A stretch of 20,000 nt of DNA from Ancylonema sp. Lineage: Eukaryota. The notes below the pieces were generated by a model. The model was not told where the DNA came from and made no database searches. It worked only from the letters and a program-made list of their open reading frames with translations. Below are positions 10,615 to 20,000 of the stretch, one piece after another. Location of the stretch: NCBI GenBank assembly GCA_050230475.1, contig JBFLGF010000155.1:53346-73345 (forward strand), given 5' to 3'. A program made the translations under genes and the position numbers. How positions within the stretch are numbered: the first letter of the stretch is position 1; each line of letters begins with the position of its first letter.

Positions 10615-10831
10615 ACATATTTTTTACTCCACAGGAGTGAAGAGTACAGGAAATAACAACGCATAACACAACGGAACGATCCAAATTTGAACAAAACAAA
10701 CCAAAACATGATTGAACAAATCTGAATCGAAACAGAGCAAAACGTAAGTGATCAAAGTAGGTTATGATAGGACTAAATAGAGTTGAACAAGATGGAGATA
10801 ACCGGATTTCGAAGATTACATGCATCTAAAC

Positions 10832-11261
10832 CTCGTGCAACGGTCTCCTCGGTGGCCTTGTCGTCAATGCACCGCTTATACATCCCTCCAACGAATATTC
10901 GACGGGACAAATGTTGGCACATGCCATATATCGGATTCAGGCCCTCTACACTGAAGGCTCGTTGTAGCACTTATGCTACAACTAATACTTGTTGAACCAT
11001 CTTTTTCCACCGAGCCTACAAAAATATAAATACAAATGGGTTGGCAAAACAAGACAAGAAATATAAGTGAGCAAATATGAGCCGGAACAAGTGGGTACAA
11101 ACCTCGATTGTCGTTTCCATGAGGGTTTTCACATCCTCATCCTCCACACCACCAAAATGCATGAACAACTGGAGGATGCGCTTGAAGAAGTCCTTCAACG
11201 TCGCCTTGCCATACTCAATAATGATGGTGTCCACTTTCAGTGAAACCACGACCATTGAAAC
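10832..11261 (-). pseudogene. Two-exon relic resembling an hAT-superfamily transposase
   Basis: Exons 11261-11103 and 11015-10832 joined by an 87-nt GT-AG intron give IIIEYGKATLKDFFKRILQL...TTIEARWKKMVQQVLVVA*VLQRAF. This resembles the hAT 'E...ATL.D.F' and 'I..RW......L..A..L.P' segments. One internal stop. Confidence 0.45.
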
Positions 11262-12627
11262 CTGCACACAAAGCCGTGATTATGTTTAAATATGTATCAG
11301 GTGAATGATCAAAGTGATTGATCAAAGTTTGCTACTCATCGGCTTTAGAAGGGCCAAGAACCCCTCGTCTTTGCCCTAGTTGAACGCAAACGGCAAAAAA
11401 CCCGCAAACGCCGTTTTGCAAACGCAAGGCATCCGTTCGCTCTTCGTTTTAAACCCCTCGTGGTCGAACGATCATTCATAATTAAAAACCTTTTGTTTAA
11501 GAAGTAAACGGTGGGACAAAGAGGGAGGTGTAATGACGAATCTAGGACAATCCGAGGGGGGCCAACTAACTTATCACTTGCCTTCCATCCCCTATCCTCT
11601 TCTATCATACCCACATCCGCACGAGCCTCAAACCTCGCCTTTACCCGTGGGCCGAATTCGGGATTGTGCTTTGAATTCCACGCCCCGTCATTCTGCTATG
11701 TCTCCTCGAGATGTTGGAAGGGCGGGAGGGGAGGGGCGGGGATCACGTAAGTTGATTCTTGATCGATAGATTCAAGATGTCCGTTGGTTTCACTTATGAG
11801 TTTATTTTTATTTTTTTTGGTGTGTGTAGTGATGCTATGGTGTATCTCACACGTACACGGATTATCATGCGCATGCATACCCACAATACAATCGTGATTG
11901 CAAGTTAGTTCATTTTGTTTTTTCTTACCAAAATGAGAAACGAGGGGCTGGGGAGGAGAGAGAGGAGCGAGCAGCCAAAGCACGCACGAAGCGAGCATAG
12001 AAGGAGCGATTTGGTATCTCTACGATAGTGATAATGAAAAGCACGGCACATTTGGTCTTGGACACTATGAACAACGATTTAAGCCGACGAGTTTGAGTTG
12101 TATGCCCGTTCCCCATGATGGAGTGGTGTGCCAGCATTCTCTCACTTAGATTACCCTAAATCCGCGGGTCCGGCCTTCGGGCCTAAATGGACGGAACTCG
12201 GTTTGGAAACAACATTGGTCCGCCGGTCCGTGCAACTATAGTCCGAACGTGGACTGAAATGTGGGACCATCATTGCACACCAAGTATTCACACGTACGCC
12301 GCCGCATAATGATCAAGTCGATCTTGTGGTTGACGTGCGTTGGCGGGGATGTCCTCTCCTTGTACAGTTTCCAAACCCGTCTTAGCCCGGACCGGTCCCA
12401 GACCAGTCCGCTTGACCCTTGGACACACACGTGTACGTCTCTTGCTATTTTGTGAGTCAATCCAATGTCTATGCGGCTTGACGCCCAAAGTTGTTTTCAA
12501 GCTTCCGATGCCCGGTGCCAATCCGGTGTCTCGAATTTTGCTTTCTCGCACTTGCAACAATACGAGGCACGCCCATCAAGGTTGTTTCTTCCTTGATATT
12601 GGCACACGTGTGAGTCTTTTTCATGTA

Positions 12628-12801
12628 CACTAAAAGTTGTCTAAAAGAATATTGCCTAAAAGAATAACCTCTCTAAAATAATAGAAAATGTCTCCCCCAA
12701 ACGTTGGGTAGTGTACTTATTCCACCTGTTCAAATGAATAACCTCTCTAAAATAACAATTTTTCTCCCCCCCAACAGTATTCTTTTAGACAAGTTTTACT
12801 G
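12628..12801. mobile_element. pogo/Tc1-mariner-type MITE (174 bp)
   Basis: 24-bp TIRs CACTAAAAGTTGTCTAAAAGAATA and CAGTAAAACTTGTCTAAAAGAATA (22/24 match); TA at both flanks (12626-27, 12802-03); internal direct repeat GAATAACCTCTCTAAAATAA. CAGTAAAAC termini are typical of Emigrant/Lemi1-like pogo elements. Confidence 0.85.
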
Positions 12802-14369
12802 TACCGTACCCGCCATATTTAGTGTTAACTAGTTTATGATTTCTTTTCGAGTGGAACAAAACACAGGGTCCTTCATATTAAGTGCAAGGTCGCTTCTAGC
12901 CCCCAATTTCCTTTCATTCCGAGTTTTTTAATCAAGCCCGGGGCTACCGTTACTATGATTTTTTTGATATAATCTGGGGCTAAATCCGATATTGAGGGTT
13001 ACAAGGTCTTTATAGCGGTTGGCAGGCCCGGCCGTCATTCTCAATTCGTCTCGAAGCTCGAAATTGGCGTTTTTACCATTCGTTTCTCACGAAGGCATAT
13101 GTTGGAGATCGGTGATATAATTTTTATAAATTTGATAAACATCAAACAAATGTTACGAGGCTAATGCGCATTGCCATAATTATTTTTGATACAGGTACTT
13201 GTATTGTGTTGTATAATTGTTTACTTATTTTTTGTGTTGCAATAAGCAGGAGCCTCCCAATTGGCATGCAAGAACAAGTAAAGAATAATTCTTATATACT
13301 TGTTGTGCGGAGAAACCAATTATATATCTTCACAGAGGGTGGTAGGTTGATATTAACGATAGCTTTGCTTTGGCGTTCAAACGAATTTTTGAACCACGTT
13401 TGAAATTATTTTATTTGCAAATCTTTAGGGCCCTTTGTTTTACGTGTAAGAAAAAAAGAAGTCTGAGTTATCGCAGTCTAGTAAAAAAAATATAGGCCTT
13501 AGACTAACGAGCCCGGTAACGCATGGCTGCATGACACCCCCATCTTGAATGAGGGCTCGCTTGCGGGCTCCGAGCCGGGCTACGGGTGGCAAAACGGACT
13601 CTTGGTGCCCTCACGCCAGGAGCTCAAAAATCCGAGTATAAAACAAGGGTTTACAGGGTCGGTTGGGGGGTATTAAGGGTATATATGGGCAAATATATTA
13701 TTAGAGGCCAAAATAGGCAATAAATTGGAAAAACCTCGATCCTAATGATTTTAGGAGTTTATTTTATCAAAACACACCATTTCCAAAGTGGGGCAATCTT
13801 CCAGCGGAATAAACGCCGGGAAAGGGGTGGCCGACTGCTAGGGCTTGAAAATTAATAGATAGGGGGGTGGGCGGTTTGTTGGGACTATGATGTGTTACTT
13901 CCATTTGGTGGAACTTTAAACATGACGGGTTCTCTTAAACCAAAATCTGGGGCTTATAAGAGATACTAGTATTAGATTCCTCGATCAAATTCAAAATTGA
14001 ATTCTGTGGTTCCCTTACCTGATTCCCTGATTTCCTTTAAAAAAATGCCATCAATGAGACCAACCGCATCGTCAATGAGAGGAGTCCCAGTTACTGGAGC
14101 ACATCTGTACAAAATCATGACTAGGCCACAAGGTAAGACTAAAATTGCACAACATCACATTCTCAAATGAGCTGAATCCACTTACATTTCAATACGACTT
14201 CAGATTGGCACAAAAAAATCCTGGCATCAATGTACAATCAATTGAAGGAAGGTAACTCTTGACTGACACTATGTACGACATTCTTACGGTTGCTAGCGGC
14301 AAGATGTTGGAAGAAGGATATACATCCCCAAAAAATTGTAGGTGAAAATAAAAAAAGGTGATGACTTCT

Positions 14370-14513
14370 TTATCGTTGTACAAAGTCAATTGTTGCTTTG
14401 AATGGTAATGGTGCGGTGAGAATGCGTAAAACAGTTCCACTCGGATGTTGTTCTTGTCTTGTAGGTAGAGTTGCAACGGCCAACAAGATGCCTTGACTTG
14501 ACTTGTCTATGAC
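14370..14513 (-). CDS. Cyclophilin-like gene exon 7 (last coding exon)
   Basis: ttttcag|GTC ATA GAC encodes [47 protein letters not shown]. Confidence 0.8.
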   Translation of the reverse strand, partial: VIDKSSQGILLAVATLPTRQEQHPSGTVLRILTAPLPFKATIDFVQR

Positions 14514-17500
14514 CTGAAAACAACCCAGTAAGACACTTGCACAAAATATTTTTTTCCTTTTTCCTTTTACGACCAAGTGTAGATGCAACGAGTGATTTCA
14601 TGTAACTTCCACTTGATGTGTAACCATTCCGGGGGGGAAAAGAAAGTAAAAAAGGAACACTTCTTTAAAGAAAGATTCATGGCTGATCCAATCTTTCGGG
14701 TAACTTTGTGCACATAATAAATGAAAATTTTAATAATGCGCGAAATCCATCAAAGCGTTTAATGCAAAACATTTTGGTGGAAAAAAAAATGGGGGGGAAG
14801 AAAATCAAAACAATATAAATACGTATCCGATGGCATTTCATCAATCTTATAACCTTCAAATGCTTCAAAAGGGCTGGTGGGATACAACCAATGCCACGTT
14901 ATATTGATAGTCTAATAACAATGAGTGACCCACAAACCGCAAAGATTGTCGGAAAACCATCCCAACTTTTTGCTCGTCGAAGACTTGTTCCTACAAACTT
15001 AAATTGTTTTCAACTAGGACCTTAGTTTACTGACAATTTATCACATTGTCAATGATAACAAATAATGATTACATAAATAACATTACCAATTGTGGTAACT
15101 ACATAAAAAGAACACAGGACATGCTCACGTAATGCAAATGATAATTCAAGGAATGAATAAGGATGGAAACATTTGCGGTGGATAAGTTGCGAGATGACGT
15201 GTACCTAAGTGTAAGAATGTAAATAGCGACTAAGTGTTATTTGTGCTTTTCCAATTTCGGTTTTTTTTGGCTCCGCAAAGGGTCTACAGTTCCTTCAGTT
15301 TGGGTGCACAGTTTGAGGTTAGAGATTGGGTTTAGAGTTTTTTTATTTTAAGTTTACCTCCCCGAAAACGGAAAATGCATTATCCCAGTCGTGGTGGTCA
15401 CCCAAGCTGATGAAAAACTCGCTTGTGCCCTTGACCCAAGCAACCCAAAGAGCAATAAATATTGAATGATTAAGACAAAATATTAATAAATCAACACAAA
15501 GGGCTTTTAAAATGCCCCTCGCCTCTTCCACGATTCCACACCCCACTTTTGGGTTTCCTCCTTTTGGTTCACACTTGGTACAAGGATGCATATCGCCCAT
15601 TTTGCACACTCAAGCATGTGTATAATCCTTTGTGTCGAGTTGAAGACTTTTTCTCCTTTAGTATCTAGGGTCCACATCCCCTTACTCTAAATGTCCACCA
15701 AATGTCCACTGAATGTCCACTAAATGTCCACTAAATGTCCACTAAATGTTCACTAAATGTCCACTAAATGTTCACTAAATGTCCACTAAATGTCCCTAAA
15801 TGAAGATGACCCTCGGTCCAACACACTACAATGCCACCAACCATCACAATGATGAATGGGAGAGAGAAAATCGTTTACTTTCAATCAATGTATTGAATTA
15901 TTATAAAGAAAAAGATAACTTGACAATTTTGTTTCGTCTTCCTTCACAATGGGCATCTGCGTACCCACCGGGTTCCATACAGAAGAAACTGAATAATAAT
16001 AAAACTGAATAATAATTATTAAAAACCCTGATTAATAATTATTGAAACCCCTAGGTCACAATTATTGAAAGCTCTAACTAATAATTATTGAAACCTCTAA
16101 ATGATAATTAATGAAACCCCTAAATAACATGTATTGAAACTCATAAATAGTACTTGTTGAACCACAGAGGGTGAAGAGGAAAGCGAAAGAAAGGAATCTC
16201 CGGTTTTCATATATATTATATCATATAGGATACTCAAGTTTGAATCCCAAAATATATTCTACTAATATCCTAGTCCTACCCAAAAAAGAGGAGAAAAATC
16301 GCGATGGCTCAACCAATGTATCATTTATGTATCAATTCAAATGGATGGAAATGGAAATGGAAATGGAAGGATTCTCATATACCTTCACAAATATGGTATG
16401 TACACAATACGTATACATGTACAAATCCATATACATGTAATTGACATGTACCTATACAAGTTCGTTTACATAATAGTTACAAATACCTAACAAATCCATA
16501 TCCATATACATATACGTGTATAAATACATGTAAATATACATATACATTTACTTATATTACATGTAACATACATGTAATATTCGTTTACATTATACAATCT
16601 GATATACATATTAATATAAAAATACATATACATCTACAGATACATATACATATACATATACCGATGCACGTTAACATACATATACATAGACATATACATA
16701 CACATAGACATATACATATACATAAGCATATACATCTACATCTACATATACATATACATAGACATATGCATATCCGTATGCACATAAATACATGTATACA
16801 TATACAAATACGAAATGAAATACTTTGCAACCCCTTTTTCGCCCCCCTCCGTCCTCACCCCTATGAGAGATGCCGTCCACTGCGTGACGTGCAAACCAGT
16901 TTCGAGCGCCAAGCCATGGGATTGCTGCTTGCCGCACGTGTATGCCCCCCCCTGAATCAACGCATAGCTGCAAGGGGGCGAGACTACATCTTCGCGTTCT
17001 TCAGAATTCAATCCAACAAATTTCAAAGTGCTGGAATCAGAATCAGGTGATAATAACAGTAGCAGACCATCAGAATCAGGTGATATAAGAGTGGCGTACG
17101 ATCAAATTCAGGTGAGAATAAAAGAGTGTAAAAGAGTGCGAGCAAAAATCAACCTACATTCTAAATCTGCCTCCTCCCCCACCATCTCTCCACCCCCTTC
17201 CTCCAACCCATCTCCCCCAACCCTCTCCCAGTCACCCCCCCCCCACCCTTCTCGCTCCCCCTCCTTCCCCTCATCTTTAGTGAGTCCCGCAGACTCGGCG
17301 CGGTAGATGAAACAGTCCTCGTAGACGCCACGTGTCACCAATCCCTGCGTTCCCGACGGTCAGCCAATCAGGACGGAGAGACTGCCACGTGTTGCGACAC
17401 CTGGCAAGCAGAAGCACATCTGGCAAGGGGGAACTCCAGAATGACGGGAATTCAAATTGAGAGGATTCGGTTGCCCGTCATCCGGGACGGGTCCGGTTAT

Positions 17501-18130
17501 CAAATTTCGGACCTTTACGTACTCCACCGTATTTGGAGCGACATCTGGTCGGAGGGTGACGTGGATGGCCTGACACAGACCAAGCCTTGAACATGAACAT
17601 GAACATGAACACGAATCTGAACATGAAGTCGACGTTATATGAAGGCGAACATTTTGTTGTGGCCGCCACATTTGGCATAGTTCAGCTTATAACGGGGATG
17701 GAAGGCGCGAGGGTCACTCGCTACAGCTGTGGGAGTTCGCACAGCAGCAGCAGCTACAGCTACAGCCACAGCTGCAGCTGTAGTTTTTCGGTCTATCGGA
17801 CTCACTCCGTAAGGAGTCGTCAGGGTAAGCTGCTCCTTACGAGCGCCTGAATCTGTGCACGGGAATAAAAAATATGGAGGTTGAGCGGCCTCTGGCCAAT
17901 CGAACGGAGGGAGAAGCGAGCAAAGCGGCTCGAAATGTACTTTGTTTGTGTAATGAAGCTTATAGGTGGATCGTAGCGCAAAATTTGGGGTGGAGATGAG
18001 AAGGTGCCGTACTCGTCGTTTCTGAGTACCCAATCAGAGAGTCGCTCCGGTCCACGCCTTCACATAGGGCTGGCAGCAGTAGCAGGAGGAAACAACAGCA
18101 GATGTGGACACAGGAAAATCGAGAGGACAT
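14370..18130 (-). CDS. 7-exon gene for a secretory-pathway cyclophilin-like (PPIase-fold) protein, ~196 aa
   Basis: Exons 18130-18013, 17846-17806, 17569-17513, 17344-17295, 16967-16859, 15429-15358 and 14513-14370; all introns GT-AG and phase-consistent (591 nt). Product: signal peptide, then [52 protein letters not shown]...[27 protein letters not shown]..., with cyclophilin motifs in order. Confidence 0.88.
15358..15429 (-). CDS. Cyclophilin-like gene exon 6
   Basis: tcaag|GGC...GAG|gtaaac encodes [24 protein letters not shown]. Confidence 0.88.
15688..15802. repeat. Intronic minisatellite (TAAATGTCCAC) x ~10
   Basis: 11-bp tandem units with few variants. Confidence 0.95.
16008..16150. 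repeat. Degenerate ~22-23-bp tandem repeat (AATAATTATTGAAACCCCTA-like), ~6 units
   Basis: Recurrent ATTATTGAAAC core. Confidence 0.75.
16400..16812. repeat. Degenerate (ATACAT)n microsatellite
   Basis: Hexamer run, densest at 16620-16810. It produces the spurious HI, CI and YV repeat ORFs. Confidence 0.9.
16859..16967 (-). CDS. Cyclophilin-like gene exon 5
   Basis: ttgcag|C TAT...GGG|gtgagg encodes [36 protein letters not shown]. Confidence 0.85.
17295..17344 (-). CDS. Cyclophilin-like gene exon 4
   Basis: cgcag|GGA...GA|gtctgc encodes [16 protein letters not shown], which includes the catalytic-Arg equivalent. Confidence 0.8.
17513..17569 (-). CDS. Cyclophilin-like gene exon 3
   Basis: gtcag|...AAG|gtccga encodes [19 protein letters not shown]. 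Confidence 0.88.
17806..17846 (-). CDS. Cyclophilin-like gene exon 2
   Basis: ttcag|GC GCT CGT...TAC GGA|gtgagt encodes [13 protein letters not shown]. An in-frame alternative acceptor lies 6 nt upstream. Confidence 0.8.
18013..18130 (-). CDS. Cyclophilin-like gene exon 1 (signal peptide)
   Basis: [25 protein letters not shown] has a hydrophobic core. The phase-1 donor GA|GTACGG was chosen for phase compatibility; this is the least certain exon. Confidence 0.6.
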
Positions 18131-18600
18131 CCTGGCCCTGTCGCTTACGTGTCGGAAAACCACTTGTGTGTTTCGTTAGAGCCGAAAAGAGATATCATGC
18201 TCCGTTGTTTCTACCCCCGGGCTACTCTCGCTAGCTATTTGAAATATCATTCGTTTACCGGTGTCTATGTGAAGCGATCGATCAGGCGCATCCACACTGC
18301 AGAATTTCTGCGAGCCTTCACAGGCATGAACAATAACCTCTGCGCCACGGAGAAGGTCATGGCGCCATGAGCGACACGGAAGATCAAGAGGGTACTGATG
18401 AGGGAGCAGTGCTCCCGGAGCACTGTACCGGTATGCCGTGTCGAAAAGCACGTGTAAGATTTGCAGTATCACGACGTGTCCGATACGCCGTGTCGGGGGG
18501 TATTGAGAATTGATGAGCCGACGGGCTCATTTTACGACGGGATCAAAATGGCTCATTTGGCCGACGGGCGCGCCTCTGCCTCCGACCGCTGCCTGCCTCT

Positions 18601-18675
18601 GACAGTGACAGTGGACGCCTTTTCGCTGCTACTGCCTGCGGCCAGAGCAGCGAAAAGGTGTCCACTGTCACTGTC
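18601..18675 (+). other. 30-bp near-perfect inverted repeat (hairpin)
   Basis: Arms 18601-18630 and 18646-18675 with a 15-nt loop; 29 Watson-Crick pairs plus one G:T. Confidence 0.9.
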
Positions 18676-19182
18676 GCCAGCTTCACGACTCAATGATGAC
18701 ATCGGCTCTGCTCACTGCTCATCAAAGCATGACGGAAAGACTCCACGTTATGGGAGTCGCTGGGTGGCCGAGAAGCAGGAGACGCAAGAAACGAATAGAC
18801 GATTGCTGGCCGCAAGACAAGCAACCCTCTATATGCGGCATTTGTGCAACGTACTTCATGTGATGTGGCACGTTGAAGGAGCAAAGCCTATCGCTGATTG
18901 TGCACTGCCTATCACATCAAGGCGAACAACACAATCCTAATCAATCATACTCGGCTCGCCCCCTGTGTGTTCCACCATACGTCCCTCTCAAGTGAGCAGT
19001 TCACGACAAATATCCGTAGCCGAAGACACTTCGTCTTAGTTTCTTTCGTTCTCTAAACCTCTCGAACTAGGTAGCGTCTTCGGGAATCGTACCTCGAGCC
19101 TTTCACTGCAGACACAACCAACCCAAAATCCGACTCCGTGTCCAAACCGTGTCCGTGTTCGATTCCGTTCACGTGTGAGAGA

Positions 19183-19340
19183 ATGTTCGCAGCGCCAACC
19201 AAATCCAATGCTTCTGCCAAGTCATCAAGCGGGGAGCTGTCAGCTGGCAAGCTGCCCGGGGGTCCCTGGATCGGGTCTCAAATCGCTGCGGGAAAGATGA
19301 AGGATGATGGCGATGTCAGGGGCGGTTACTCTCCTCACAG
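19183..19340 (+). CDS. Possible first coding exon of a divergently transcribed gene
   Basis: GC-rich ORF MFAAPTKSNASAKSSSG...GGYSPH ends at CAG|GTGACT and is followed by AT-rich, intron-like sequence. No recognisable domain. Confidence 0.35.
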
Positions 19341-20000
19341 GTGACTTTTGAGCACTTAACCGTGTTCCCATCCTGGCCTACTCATAACGGCTATTTCTTA
19401 GGTTCGTTATAACGTCATCCCCTACCCTGTCCACAAATTATTTACTTTCCCATTTGTTATATGTGACTCAGTGGGTAATGGGGGGAGCCATTTTAAGCAA
19501 GTGACTCAATTGGTTTCTAAACTTCTGGTTCAGTTTGCCTTTGGCTTATAGAAAGAGCAATTCCATTACTAATCAAATAAACAAGTAAGGATGATCATGC
19601 TATTATGATGACAACGACGGTGTAAGAGATAAAGATAGCGAAGGTGCCAAATAATAAGCATAGTTACTACTGTCGTAATGAGTATAAGCTGTCAGAATAC
19701 TCAGAAAAGTACAAACAATGATGTATCCTATTGATGGCGGTGGAAATTATCGAATGGTACGACTGTATTTGTACGTCAATAACGAAGGTGGTAATGGATC
19801 TGAACTGCCAAAAAGAATCCGCAATAGACATGAGATCGCAAACAATTCTCCAATAAAAAACATCGATAATGATTGTTTTAATATTGCTAAACTGCAGATT
19901 ATTCTACACTAACTTACCCTTATTCCCTTTCTATACCCCTTGTATCCAATCTGATTCCTACATGTATGCCAACTAGCCCCATCCTCACCATACAAGCACA

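Noticed and set aside
12895..13960. DNA-transposon ends suggested by recurring GGGCT/AGCCC motifs
   Set aside because: No convincing TIR pair or TSD could be delimited.
14680..14992. Additional coding exon inside intron 6
   Set aside because: Exons 6 and 7 already join into the continuous FGEV motif, and the candidate frame needs a frameshift.
16585..17050. His/Ile-, Cys/Ile- and Tyr/Val-repeat ORFs as real proteins
   Set aside because: They are translations of the intronic (ATACAT)n microsatellite.
17327..17393. G-box (GCCACGTG) and CCAAT promoter cluster
   Set aside because: It lies within exon 4 and intron 3 of the cyclophilin-like gene, and the first G-box is coding sequence (VTRG).
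18461..18940. 159-aa plus-strand ORF
   Set aside because: Non-ATG start, runs through the hairpin and has no domain signal; likely a chance ORF in GC-rich promoter DNA.

Overview
Eukaryotic, green-plant-lineage genomic DNA (plant-type tRNAiMet primer-binding sites, GT-AG introns); a streptophyte alga or bryophyte is my guess. The left two-thirds is decayed transposon sequence. It holds the 5' part of a Ty1/copia element primed by the internal half of tRNAiMet, with a three-zinc-knuckle Gag (1-1594, minus). Next is an array of five covarying 23-nt hairpins (1915-2142). A complete 3.7-kb non-autonomous copia-derived LTR element follows (4399-8136, GAATT TSD), carrying gag and protease fused to an unknown domain, with no IN/RT/RH. 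A probable hAT transposase relic and a pogo-type MITE complete this part. The right third contains an apparently intact 7-exon gene (18130->14370, minus) for a signal-peptide-bearing, divergent cyclophilin-like protein that the ORF track shows only in pieces, a 30-bp near-perfect hairpin upstream of it, and a possible first exon of a divergently transcribed gene. All calls come from manual reading; no searches were run.
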